DNA from: a virus
Taxonomy: Duplodnaviria; Heunggongvirae; Uroviricota; Caudoviricetes
Strand: one strand, 5' to 3'
Length of the DNA stretch: 64,000 nt
Virus record (IMG/VR): IMGVR_UViG_3300042892_003674
The position numbers were made by a program, and so were the translations under genes. The notes beneath the pieces are model-generated. The model had not been told where the DNA came from. It saw nothing but the letters and a program-made list of their open reading frames with translations, and made no database searches. This document shows, one piece after another, positions 49,596 through 59,250 of this stretch (positions within the stretch are counted from its first letter, which is position 1; each line of letters begins with the position of its first letter).

Positions 49596-50608
49596 TTTGA
49601 ATCGTGATTTACGTTAGTATCATAAAGTGCATATTCTACTTCAACCTTTTCAAACCCAAATTTATCTTCATTAAGTAAAAACTTAATCAATTCAACATCA
49701 CGTTCAAAATCTTCTTTACAAGTCATACTATCTCTATAAGTAAGCATATTCACAAACTTACTACCATCCTTAGATTTCTTAAAGAAGTTTTGTGATAATT
49801 TACAAGTACCACCTAATTCTATTTGTGATGGTCTACTAAATCCTCTACTCGGTGAAAAGAAACCGGCATTTAATTCTTCAACTAAACCTTCTAAATAAGG
49901 CTTTTCCTCTGGTGAGATAACAACACCAATATGACTCTCAAAGTAACACCCATTTGGTATAGGTTCGCCAGTATTAAAGGTAGGTGCTGCAGGGTGCCAA
50001 GGAACTGTTTCTATCTTCTTTCTGACAACTTTATACCCAAGTGATGTTAGTTCATTAGTAATACGATTTGCTTCTTCATAAGCACTCCTATTGTCTCCAA
50101 AGTGTTTTGAACTTGTCATTACATCTTTTAAAGTTCCTTCTTTCATTTCTAAATCTAAAACAATTGGTTTTACACCAATTTCTTTACAATCATCAATAAA
50201 TTCATCATTGGTAAAAGTCCAACTAAAGTCTAGCTTACTTTTGTTGAATAACATATCTGCTTTAACCGTAATATGTATTTCAAAAGGAAGTGGAAATGTT
50301 GCTTCTTCCTCTTTTAATTGAAGTTCTGCCCATTTTTTAGATTTTTTATTTAACATATCATTCATTTCTTCATCAGTAAATCCTAATGAATGTGCGATAG
50401 AAATGTTTGTTAAATAAACATCAACAATCTCTTCTAAGATTTGTTCTCTGTCTGAGAAACGGTGATTAGTTCCTGGTGCAGAATCATATGGTAGAATAGC
50501 ACGAGCTAATTCACCTACTTCTTCTGCAAGTTTTAATCCTTTCTGTGAAAGTGTTTTCTTATCTTTAATTGATAAGTCTTTTATAAAATCATCTAAAAAT
50601 TTATTCAT
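49577..50608 (-). CDS. MazG-like NTP pyrophosphohydrolase fused to an uncharacterised domain
   Basis: KLAEEVGELA...EEIVDV; C-terminal domain with FEIHITV and YFESHI. Confidence 0.75.
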   Translation of the reverse strand: MNKFLDDFIKDLSIKDKKTLSQKGLKLAEEVGELARAILPYDSAPGTNHRFSDREQILEEIVDVYLTNISIAHSLGFTDEEMNDMLNKKSKKWAELQLKEEEATFPLPFEIHITVKADMLFNKSKLDFSWTFTNDEFIDDCKEIGVKPIVLDLEMKEGTLKDVMTSSKHFGDNRSAYEEANRITNELTSLGYKVVRKKIETVPWHPAAPTFNTGEPIPNGCYFESHIGVVISPEEKPYLEGLVEELNAGFFSPSRGFSRPSQIELGGTCKLSQNFFKKSKDGSKFVNMLTYRDSMTCKEDFERDVELIKFLLNEDKFGFEKVEVEYALYDTNVNHDSKWILGT

Positions 50609-51189
50609 TATATGTGCATAAGTAAGTTAAATCTCATTGTTAAAGCAGATAAATCGTCTGCGTGTTTTTGTTTCTCATTTCTATTTGTAGAACTATCCTC
50701 AATCATTTTCAACTTCTCATTGATAACATAAGTGAAGGGTGTAATTCTAATACCATTTTGCTCAATAAACTCTGGTAATTCATCAACAATAATTAAATGA
50801 ACATCAACTGCACCACGTCTTATAATATCATCTGAATAATCAGGGTAAGAAGTCCAAAGTTGCTTCTTAATACTAATTACACTATCAGTTAAATTATACC
50901 TAAATTTAAAGTGATCACAGATTTGAAAAGCCATTTCCTTTGTAATTAAAAAGTCAAAGTCATTTGGTCTTCTATCCATCATTTCTTTACCATTTATACT
51001 ACAACACTTCAAAGCACGAGAACCGGTAAGTACACCACCAAGATTGGTGACATACTTAATCAGTTTCCAGTTAAGTTTTAAAAATTGATACTTACTTCTA
51101 CTTTTAGACGTATCATATTGAACATTATAACCACCGGTTAACATATTCAGATTGATGTCTCTCACGTAAGCCTTTAACGTCATTGTCAT
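50608..51189 (-). CDS. Pol-beta superfamily nucleotidyltransferase-like protein
   Basis: VLTGSRAL...PNDFDF...VDVH, KHADDL. Confidence 0.6.
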   Translation of the reverse strand: MTMTLKAYVRDINLNMLTGGYNVQYDTSKSRSKYQFLKLNWKLIKYVTNLGGVLTGSRALKCCSINGKEMMDRRPNDFDFLITKEMAFQICDHFKFRYNLTDSVISIKKQLWTSYPDYSDDIIRRGAVDVHLIIVDELPEFIEQNGIRITPFTYVINEKLKMIEDSSTNRNEKQKHADDLSALTMRFNLLMHI

Positions 51190-52148
51190 TATATCATGTT
51201 TATTTCGTGAATACTTCTTTTTGTTGTTAAACCCCAGATAGTTCTAGCGATTATGTTATCACAAGAGATAACTTTTAACTTATCTCCTATTTGATCTTTC
51301 TCTTTTTGTAAAGTTGATGGAATACTATCTGAAACCATTAGTTCTGTTAGTTGTGAAGTGTATAAGTTCTCCATTGCAGCACCACTTAATATACCGTGTG
51401 TTGCAATAGCTCTCACAGACTTTGCACCTTTCTCCATAATAAGTTCTGAAGCTTTTTTAAGTGTTCCTAATGTATCTGCCATATCATCTACAATAACAAC
51501 GTTTCTACCTTCAACATCACCAACTAATTCCATTGAATGAATTTCATTTGGTTTAATACGTTTTTTGTTTATCATCGCAAATGTAGATTCTGGAAAAGCT
51601 TTACAGAAATCAGATGCTCTTTTCACAGCACCTTGGTCAGGGGCAATAATAGTTAGATCTTCGATTTGATTTTTTCTAATATGTTCGATAAAGATTTTAT
51701 TACCGTTCAAGTGAATGATTGGTACATTATAAAACCCTTGAATAGAAGACGCGTGTAAGTCCACGGTGATTATTCTAGACATACCAACAGTTTCTAATAT
51801 ATCAGCTAACATTTTAGAACCGATTGAAGAACGTAAGTGATCTGTTTTGTCTTGACGTGAATAACCTTGGAAAGGAGTAATAAGTGTAAATGATTTACAA
51901 TCAGCTCTTTTAGCAGCATCGATAACTAATAGTGTTTCCATTATAGTATCAGATGATGTTGTTGATTGTACGAAGAGAATGTCTTCACCTCTAACAGACT
52001 CTTCAAATAGTGGAAGTATCTCACCATCTAGAAATTTGTCTATTTTTAGACGACCTCTACTAAAAGATTCATCTAATGTTTTTTTGTTTAAAATTGCACA
52101 GATACTATCTGCAAGGTCGGGGTTTGATGTTCCACTGAAAATCTTCAT
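51189..52148 (-). CDS. prs: ribose-phosphate pyrophosphokinase
   Basis: KIFSGTSN, FLDGEI, ESVRG, YSRQDK, VDLH..IQGF, APDQG, VIVDDMADTLGT, ATHGILSG. Confidence 0.95.
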   Translation of the reverse strand: MKIFSGTSNPDLADSICAILNKKTLDESFSRGRLKIDKFLDGEILPLFEESVRGEDILFVQSTTSSDTIMETLLVIDAAKRADCKSFTLITPFQGYSRQDKTDHLRSSIGSKMLADILETVGMSRIITVDLHASSIQGFYNVPIIHLNGNKIFIEHIRKNQIEDLTIIAPDQGAVKRASDFCKAFPESTFAMINKKRIKPNEIHSMELVGDVEGRNVVIVDDMADTLGTLKKASELIMEKGAKSVRAIATHGILSGAAMENLYTSQLTELMVSDSIPSTLQKEKDQIGDKLKVISCDNIIARTIWGLTTKRSIHEINMI

Positions 52149-52152
52149 AATA

Positions 52153-52473
52153 CTAATTATTTTTATTTAGAATTAAATCTATTGCATTCTCTCTTAAAGT
52201 TTGTTTATTGACTCTAAAATTATGTTGTTTCTTTAATTTATTTATAAAGTGTTTAAAATTAGGTGGATAAAGTGTTATATCTCCCCATCTAGTTTTAGTT
52301 ATTGTTGGTTCTGTTAGTTTATTAAACCGTTTCTCATGTTTCCAAAGAAATAAAACATCATATTGTTTCTTTGGTGATAGTGATTCAAACCAAACAATAT
52401 TTTTACCCATCTTATTTCTAAGAGATTTCAATTCCTTTTTATGTTTTCTCTTTTTTCTTTCCTTCTCTAACAT
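52153..52473 (-). CDS. basic hypothetical protein with C-terminal motif
   Basis: Start re-called to MLEKER, 4 nt after TATATTTG (52478-52485); ends LRENAIDLILNKNN. Confidence 0.7.
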   Translation of the reverse strand: MLEKERKKRKHKKELKSLRNKMGKNIVWFESLSPKKQYDVLFLWKHEKRFNKLTEPTITKTRWGDITLYPPNFKHFINKLKKQHNFRVNKQTLRENAIDLILNKNN

Positions 52474-52491
52474 AGTACAAATATACAAAAA

Positions 52492-52848
52492 TTATTCTGA
52501 TTTTGGTAGAATTTGATTTAATTTAATTTCTCTTAACTCTTGTAAAGAAAAATCAATATATTCAGAAGAAGAAAGACTTATTGTATAATCATTATTAAAT
52601 GAATTTTTACCTACTATTCTATATCTTCCATTTTCTTGTGTCACTTTATAATCATCAGGTAGTTGATTAAGATCTAGAACATTATCATATCTATCCCAAA
52701 CAATTTCATACTTACCTATCTCTTTATATTTAAGAAGACCTTTAATTTGTCCTGTTGTATAAAGTTTTAAACCATTTAACTTTCGTCTGGTGTTTAACTT
52801 ATCTTTTAATTTTTTTATGAAATATGTTTTGAACAACGGACTATTCAT
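52492..52848 (-). CDS. hypothetical protein with C-terminal motif
   Basis: Ends LREIKLNQILPKSE. Confidence 0.7.
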   Translation of the reverse strand: MNSPLFKTYFIKKLKDKLNTRRKLNGLKLYTTGQIKGLLKYKEIGKYEIVWDRYDNVLDLNQLPDDYKVTQENGRYRIVGKNSFNNDYTISLSSSEYIDFSLQELREIKLNQILPKSE

Positions 52849-53311
52849 TGATAATTGTTTTTAGATCTGCTGGTGAATAACCCACAGATTTTAAAACTTT
52901 ATCATCTTCTTCTCTGTAAACTAACCACTTACCATTATTTTCTTTATAGTAACCTCTTGTACCATCTTTTTGTTTATAATGTTCTATTGTTTCTTGTGCT
53001 TCTAACTCTGAATTACAAGCTTTGGACATATTACTTCTTTGTACTTCATTGAATAATTCAACAAATTTATCTCCTAGTCCAAACTCTAATACTGCACCAC
53101 TTAAAACATATTGTAAATCAGCTAAAGCATCCGCAATTTCAATCAAGTCATTATTTTCAATTGCCTCTTTTAATTCATTTAATTCTTCTTGTAGTAAGGC
53201 AACACGAAGCTCACATCTTTGTTTAGATGGTATCTGTGGTATATCTAAGATCGGTGCATTAAATGTTTTGTGAAATTCTGCTACTTGGTTTAATGAGTTT
53301 ATTTGTTCCAT
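52841..53311 (-). CDS. MazG/PRA-PH-like nucleoside triphosphate pyrophosphohydrolase
   Basis: VAEFHKTF, LLQEELNEL, IADALADLQYV, EVQRSNMSK, KVLKS. Confidence 0.9.
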   Translation of the reverse strand: MEQINSLNQVAEFHKTFNAPILDIPQIPSKQRCELRVALLQEELNELKEAIENNDLIEIADALADLQYVLSGAVLEFGLGDKFVELFNEVQRSNMSKACNSELEAQETIEHYKQKDGTRGYYKENNGKWLVYREEDDKVLKSVGYSPADLKTIINE

Positions 53312-53393
53312 TTGTTATATTTTTTACTAGTTATATCTTTTATTAGATAATGGTTTTTAAAAAATAATATATACTTAAAAATAATACACTAAA

Positions 53394-54413
53394 ATGAGAT
53401 ACTTGAAAAAATATGAATTATTCAGAGAACCAGTAAATGAAGAATTTTTAGGTGCTTTATATAATGCTGCAAAGGGAGCGTTAAAAGCTTTTTTAGGTAA
53501 AATTTCAGAACCATTTAAAACTGCTAAAGACGAATTTAAAAAAGGAATGGCTAGAGAAGAAGTAAAAAAATCTATGATTACTAAGATGGATGCTTTACTT
53601 AAAGGAGCAACTGATGGAATTAATAAAGCAGAGGATGAGACTGCACTGAATGCAATGAGAGAAGATTTCAGAAAAGAAATTGATAACCAGATTGTAGAAT
53701 TTGATAAAGAAATAAAAACGGTTAAAGAATCAGTTAATACTATAAATGAGGGTAAAGTACAAGATGCTTTAATTGGAGCAAGAGTTGCCTTTGGTATGAT
53801 TAAGAAAAAATCAGCAGAGTTAAAATTAGAATTTGATAAGAAATATGCTGCGGCAGTTGATCTAGCTGGTAAGAAAAAAACCGCAATTGAAGAAATTACA
53901 ACAGTTGTGAATGATTTTAAGAAAACTGTTATGAATGATGAGATATTTAAAAAAGAAGAAGCTGAATATAAAACTGTAAATAAGATTGTTACTACTCCAG
54001 AATATAAAGTAGGTGATGAACTTATCTATTTAAGAAAAGGTCAACAAAAAACTGCATGGGATGCTTTAACAGATGAACAAAAGAAAGCACCAACTACTGA
54101 TCCTGCTGCAAAGTTGATAGTTAATGTTAAGAAAGTTGATAAAATAGAAGGTGATAACTATACGTTTACTGGTAAAGATGGTAAAACTATTGTTAAAACT
54201 TCGGTAGATATAATTGGTAAATCCGGTGCAGAGACTGGTGTAGATGTAACTGCAGATTTAACTAAAAAGTTAGGTGAACTTAAAACAAAAAGTCCAGATG
54301 AACTGAAAAAAGTTGCTAGTTTTGTTGATTTTATAAATAAACCGGAGAATGCAGATAAATACACTGAAATTGAAAAAATAATTTCTCCAGAAGCTACAGG
54401 AGCACAAGAATAA
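53394..54413 (+). CDS. helical protein with CTS-like N-terminus (internal head protein candidate)
   Basis: MRYLKKYELFRE.VNEE; further VKES and INE sites. Confidence 0.75.
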   Translation: MRYLKKYELFREPVNEEFLGALYNAAKGALKAFLGKISEPFKTAKDEFKKGMAREEVKKSMITKMDALLKGATDGINKAEDETALNAMREDFRKEIDNQIVEFDKEIKTVKESVNTINEGKVQDALIGARVAFGMIKKKSAELKLEFDKKYAAAVDLAGKKKTAIEEITTVVNDFKKTVMNDEIFKKEEAEYKTVNKIVTTPEYKVGDELIYLRKGQQKTAWDALTDEQKKAPTTDPAAKLIVNVKKVDKIEGDNYTFTGKDGKTIVKTSVDIIGKSGAETGVDVTADLTKKLGELKTKSPDELKKVASFVDFINKPENADKYTEIEKIISPEATGAQE

Positions 54414-54415
54414 GT

Positions 54416-55369
54416 ATGACAACTAGAAAAGCAATTGATAGTATCCATTCAAAGTTAGATAAAATTGCATTAAAAGGTAAAGATAACTATCTTGAGTATA
54501 GTAACTATTTTAAGGATTTATCTGCTAATGGAAATTATGATAACTTGTTACAATGTTTGTATATCCACTATTTAGTTGATATTGAGAAACCTATTATAAA
54601 TATAAATACTTTTAGAAGGGACTCTTGGAAGAGTATACTCTTTAAAACTGATAGTAATATCAATAAAAGGACAAAAAAACTATATGATAATAAGAAAGTT
54701 TATCAAACTGGGTTTGATATATGGAGTTCTGATCCAAACTTACTTACTATAACATTATCTAATCCACTTTCAACAACTTTTTCATCAACTAATTTATCAA
54801 AAGGTATTTCGTTTAACAATGTAAATACTGCTACACAAAGTTATATAAATATGAACATTTTAAATAATGGTATTTATAAACTAGATATACAAAAAGCTGT
54901 TTGGGCGACTAGTTCTGTAACTAATATTTATTTACCTTCTAAAACAAGTAATTTGCAAAGTTTAATAGGTTCAACTCAATCAGGTGGGTTCTTGCAATAC
55001 AGTTCTTATAAAACAGAAGTGGCAACTGATCATTCGGCACAGTTTCTAGTTACTACACATGAGAGAGCAAGATATGATGAACTTGGAAATAAAACTGGTG
55101 AATATAGAATACTTAATTATAAATTAGAATTATCAAAGGATAATTATTTAGGTCAAATTATTGAACAAGGTATTTACACAGATGAGTATAAATATTTACT
55201 TAAAAATAGAGAGTATGCAAGAATTACTAAAACTAGAAAAACCTTCTTAGAGGTTATAAAAGTAGGTGCCTCTAGCTCTGTAATAATAGATCAAGATGAT
55301 TTAAGATTATCGGAAGATAATAATCTTTACAATAGATATGTAATTGCTATAAACTTATTGTTATCATAA
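54416..55369 (+). CDS. hypothetical protein
   Basis: 317-aa ORF. Confidence 0.75.
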   Translation: MTTRKAIDSIHSKLDKIALKGKDNYLEYSNYFKDLSANGNYDNLLQCLYIHYLVDIEKPIININTFRRDSWKSILFKTDSNINKRTKKLYDNKKVYQTGFDIWSSDPNLLTITLSNPLSTTFSSTNLSKGISFNNVNTATQSYINMNILNNGIYKLDIQKAVWATSSVTNIYLPSKTSNLQSLIGSTQSGGFLQYSSYKTEVATDHSAQFLVTTHERARYDELGNKTGEYRILNYKLELSKDNYLGQIIEQGIYTDEYKYLLKNREYARITKTRKTFLEVIKVGASSSVIIDQDDLRLSEDNNLYNRYVIAINLLLS

Positions 55370-55395
55370 TTGTATAACAATAAAAATATTATTAT

Positions 55396-55830
55396 ATGAC
55401 AATTAAAGTAGTTAATTTTGAAATTTTATCAAGACATTATAAGAATTACCAAGATGGTATTACTAAAATATCTGATACTAAAAAAGAATTTATTGAAAGA
55501 TTAGATCCATTCAAGAAAGAAATGGAAATCATTATCAACAAGGCAAACAACGGTGAAAAGCTAACAGAAGAACAAGAAGCAAAGTTTCAAGACTTTCAAA
55601 ACAAAGCAGTTGAGATCGATGAAGAGTTCAAATTTACAATGAGAAAAATGAATGATGAATTATCTAAAGTTATTTATTCAGATCTATCAAACTTCATAGA
55701 TGAGTGGACAAAGATAAATACTGAAGTAGATTTAGTTATCGGAAGTACAGAAGTAGTTTTCTTAAAAGAAGAACACGATGTAACTGAACAAGTTTTAGAA
55801 ATCATTAAAGAAAAGGGATTACACGTATAA
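55396..55830 (+). CDS. OmpH/Skp-like chaperone without a signal peptide
   Basis: IKVVNFEIL...coiled coil...VDLVI...VVF...DVTEQVL. Confidence 0.7.
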   Translation: MTIKVVNFEILSRHYKNYQDGITKISDTKKEFIERLDPFKKEMEIIINKANNGEKLTEEQEAKFQDFQNKAVEIDEEFKFTMRKMNDELSKVIYSDLSNFIDEWTKINTEVDLVIGSTEVVFLKEEHDVTEQVLEIIKEKGLHV

Positions 55831-55857
55831 AAAAAGAGAGCTCATGCTCTCTTTTTT
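55829..55857. terminator. bidirectional terminator, GAGAGC family
   Basis: A7-GAGAGC-TCAT-GCTCTC-T6. Confidence 0.85.
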
Positions 55858-56554
55858 AGTTTTCCCAATCAGTATCTTTGTGAGACAAGTCGTCATCAAC
55901 AAGTGATTCTAACATTTTAGAAATACTATTGTATCTAACTTTTCTTCCATATAAATTAGTAATATATAATTCTGTTTCACTTACATAAAGTACGTAATCT
56001 AATTCTCCAGTACTAAAGTAATAATTTACATTAAATCGTACTGCATCACCTACACCAAAAAACTCACCTCTACCTCCAGTATTAGTGTCTGTCTTTTTAA
56101 GATTTTCTCCTAAAAACTTTATAGTACTAATTTGTTGTTCATTTTCATGATAACCTTCTGCTGAATCTTCATCATCATTATCAAATGAGTGTGATGTTGT
56201 TATCGCAAATGTAGTTTGATTTGTAACTCTATTATATCCATAATCATGTACACCTAATAATTCTATATAAAATTCTCTAGCTAAGTCATATTGTGTTTTA
56301 TTTACTCCTTCGTGATGTTCAAAGATAAAATCTAATTGTTCTTGATTAAAGTCAAATATACTTTCTGGTAAAGTTTTTGCAAACTCTGTTACATTATTAG
56401 TTTTTCTAAATTCAAGAATACTTCTTATTGAAGCCATTTCTTCTTGAAGTTCTGTCATTTGTAATTGAAGATCTTCTAACTTACTTTCTAATGTTTCTGT
56501 ACTGATTGCATTGAGATAAGTTGATTCCTTTATAAATTCTAAATACTTTTTCAT
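55856..56554 (-). CDS. putative capsid-packaged protein (CTS-like N-terminus)
   Basis: MKKYLEFIKES, very close to the T4 CTS MKTYQEFIAE. Confidence 0.75.
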   Translation of the reverse strand: MKKYLEFIKESTYLNAISTETLESKLEDLQLQMTELQEEMASIRSILEFRKTNNVTEFAKTLPESIFDFNQEQLDFIFEHHEGVNKTQYDLAREFYIELLGVHDYGYNRVTNQTTFAITTSHSFDNDDEDSAEGYHENEQQISTIKFLGENLKKTDTNTGGRGEFFGVGDAVRFNVNYYFSTGELDYVLYVSETELYITNLYGRKVRYNSISKMLESLVDDDLSHKDTDWEN

Positions 56555-56600
56555 ATTAAGTATATATAAAACTTTTCATTTCAAAATCAATATAAACAAA

Positions 56601-57455
56601 ATGATAGACTTACACCAAATAGCTAATGAAATAAGAATTTTGTTAGAAGAAAGAAGAAAAGAACTAAATCTATACTTTATAGAAGATAATCATAAATACT
56701 TTATGAACAATGAACAAGGTCAATCCAAAAGTAATTGGCCATCTGTATCAAAAGTTCTTAAAAGTTTTTACCCACCATTTCCTACTCAGGAAGCATCACT
56801 TAAAAAAGCAAAAGGTGATGTAGTTCTACAAAAGAAACTTATTAAAGAATGGTCTCAAATGGCAGACTATGCTAACAATACTGGTAGTAGAGTTCACTAT
56901 TTCCTAGAGACAAAAATCATTGATAGATTTAAGTTACCTAAAGAAGTAAGAGAGCCGGAGTTTGATTGTGATTTTGAACAAATAATTACATCCGATCATA
57001 TGATTAGTTATGGTGTAGATTTTTTTGAAAAGATGATTAAGAATGGAGCTGTTCTAATTGATACAGAAGTTGTAATGGGAGATCCTGAACTTGGATATAC
57101 TGGACAAGCTGATAAGATTTGGTTAGTATGTAATAAAGAAAGAACTCAATTAGGTATTGTAGTAACAGATTGGAAAACCAATAAACCGAAAAATTTTGTT
57201 GAAACAAAATGGACAGTTCCAATGAATGAACCCTATGAAGACCTACCCAATACTGCATTAGGACATTACTACGTTCAGTTATCTTTGTATGGTAAGTTAT
57301 TTAAGAAAATGTTACAAGGAACTAAATATGAAAATCTACCAATTGTTAGAGCAACACTTATCTTATTGAAAGATAGTTGTTATGAAGAGTATAAAACACC
57401 AATAGATATTATAAATAGGACATTAGAGTTAGATGTTGTTAGTTATTTAAAATAA
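56601..57455 (+). CDS. PD-(D/E)xK exonuclease (Cas4/RecB-like)
   Basis: HKY, PSVS, GSRVH, TEV, GQAD, DWKTNK, YYVQLSLY. Confidence 0.85.
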   Translation: MIDLHQIANEIRILLEERRKELNLYFIEDNHKYFMNNEQGQSKSNWPSVSKVLKSFYPPFPTQEASLKKAKGDVVLQKKLIKEWSQMADYANNTGSRVHYFLETKIIDRFKLPKEVREPEFDCDFEQIITSDHMISYGVDFFEKMIKNGAVLIDTEVVMGDPELGYTGQADKIWLVCNKERTQLGIVVTDWKTNKPKNFVETKWTVPMNEPYEDLPNTALGHYYVQLSLYGKLFKKMLQGTKYENLPIVRATLILLKDSCYEEYKTPIDIINRTLELDVVSYLK

Positions 57456-57481
57456 AAAAACCCATTCTTAGAATGGGTTTT
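57454..57481. terminator. bidirectional terminator
   Basis: A7-CCCATTC-TTA-GAATGGG-T4. Confidence 0.75.
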
Positions 57482-59102
57482 CGTCTTCTGTACAAAGTTC
57501 TTCGTCTCTCTCTTCTTCAAACTCAACTGGTGACCAGTTTGATCCCCACATATCACTATTATAAGTATATGTATTGGTTGATTGTTCGAGATCTATATTA
57601 ACAAAATTTACTTCATCACTTACAGGAGTTGGAGGAGTTACTTCTTCTCTTGTATATCTATTAGCTGCTTGTGTCCATCTACCACCATAAGTTGTTTCAT
57701 TTATAATTGGCTCTGGTGAAGAAGCTTCAAGTGGCATATCCGGTTCGTCTCTTACTACATCTCCTTCCCTAGCTCTTGTTCTTCTTGTTGGACGCGCGGC
57801 ATTAGCTCTTTCAAATAATTGAGTAATTGTATCTGGGTGTCTTAACTCACCCCAACCTCTTGTGTCAATTGAACCTAATACTGATTCAAGTTCACTAGTT
57901 ATATCTGATAATTTAGATTTAGTACTTGATTTCTCATATACAGATCTTCTTTCTTCTTGTTCTTTTCTACGTTGTTCGATAAGTTTAAGAACTCGGTCAC
58001 TATTCTTATCATTATGTTCTTCGTTGAAGATGTAATCATCAATCAATTCTTCATAACGAGAATCTTGTTTAAGCATCCACTTATCATTGTAATTAGAATA
58101 AACAACATTCTGTCTTCCCGTCCAGATTTCGGCATATTGTACATAAGCGGCATCATTTCTGTATCTCATTACACGGTCAATCATATCGAATACCAAGTAA
58201 TCAGATGGGTGTTTACTACCATCCGAAGACGTTAAAGTTCTTAAAGAAGATGTATCTTCTGGTAAGTAGTTATATAAGATACCTTTTTCAAGATCAATGA
58301 ACTTGAATGTATCCATATAAGGATAGTAATGTTGTTTGATGTTAGGTAACTTTATTTCAAGTTTAAACTCTTTCTTACCAGTACCAATTTGTTCAAAGAA
58401 TAAAGTATTGAACCAGTTTTGTTCTGATTTATAGTAGTAACCGTGCTCAGTTGCCCATTGTTTAAAGTAGAATGATAACTCTTCGTCATTATACGTATAG
58501 ATTCTATCCATAATTTTATGACTTTCAAAGTCCCATAAAAGAGCACGACCAATCAATCTGTTTCTGTCATTGAACATAGTCAACATAGAAACATTCTCTT
58601 CGTTTTCTGTATATAAGTCAAAATACTTTTGACAGTGTTCATGTTTCATGCATGATACACCTAGCGAACCTCTTTCAGAAGAGTGATAGTTTTCATAGTA
58701 GTAGAAATCTTTAATAGAATCTCCTTTAACAACTTCAAAGCGGAAAGGAGCTTTCGCAGCTTGAGATCTGAAAAGATTAGAGAATTTCTCTACCTCTTTT
58801 GCAGGAATATCTTTAAATACCTTTGAGATAAATGCACCAGGTTTAGTCATATATCTACGAGAAGATGTCCAATACTCTTGTGGATCAAGAGAATCGATTC
58901 TGTCTTGTGTTAGGTAAGATAGTTTAGTTCTGTCTTGTTTAGAGATAGATATATAGTTCACATAAGAATCCGCCAAATCTTCTCGGTTGTTTCTTCTTTT
59001 TAATAGAAGTGCGGCAACTAAAGATTCAGACTCTATCACGCTTAATACATTTTTCAAATCATCTGAAATGTAAATATCAACGGTTTTTCTTTCGTAAGGC
59101 AT
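57468..59102 (-). CDS. phage hypothetical protein (SCM/GRALLW/MDRIY/PYMDTF motifs)
   Basis: 544 aa with a disordered C-terminal tail; preceded by TATCTTTG (59126-59133). Confidence 0.75.
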   Translation of the reverse strand: MPYERKTVDIYISDDLKNVLSVIESESLVAALLLKRRNNREDLADSYVNYISISKQDRTKLSYLTQDRIDSLDPQEYWTSSRRYMTKPGAFISKVFKDIPAKEVEKFSNLFRSQAAKAPFRFEVVKGDSIKDFYYYENYHSSERGSLGVSCMKHEHCQKYFDLYTENEENVSMLTMFNDRNRLIGRALLWDFESHKIMDRIYTYNDEELSFYFKQWATEHGYYYKSEQNWFNTLFFEQIGTGKKEFKLEIKLPNIKQHYYPYMDTFKFIDLEKGILYNYLPEDTSSLRTLTSSDGSKHPSDYLVFDMIDRVMRYRNDAAYVQYAEIWTGRQNVVYSNYNDKWMLKQDSRYEELIDDYIFNEEHNDKNSDRVLKLIEQRRKEQEERRSVYEKSSTKSKLSDITSELESVLGSIDTRGWGELRHPDTITQLFERANAARPTRRTRAREGDVVRDEPDMPLEASSPEPIINETTYGGRWTQAANRYTREEVTPPTPVSDEVNFVNIDLEQSTNTYTYNSDMWGSNWSPVEFEEERDEELCTEDENPF

Positions 59103-59250
59103 ATGTTATTGTTTTTTTATTTCTACAAAGATAAGTAATTATATTTAATATACAAATAATTCTTTTAGTTTCTTGTTTATTTTTTTAGTTATCAACAATT
59201 ATTATTTGTGTTTCAAAGATATGTATTTTATTTTTAATATATACTATTGT

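Noticed and set aside
56601-57455. Cas4-like nuclease as a sign of CRISPR-Cas
   Set aside because: It is a solo PD-(D/E)xK nuclease of a type common in phages, with no Fe-S Cys cluster, cas1 or array nearby.
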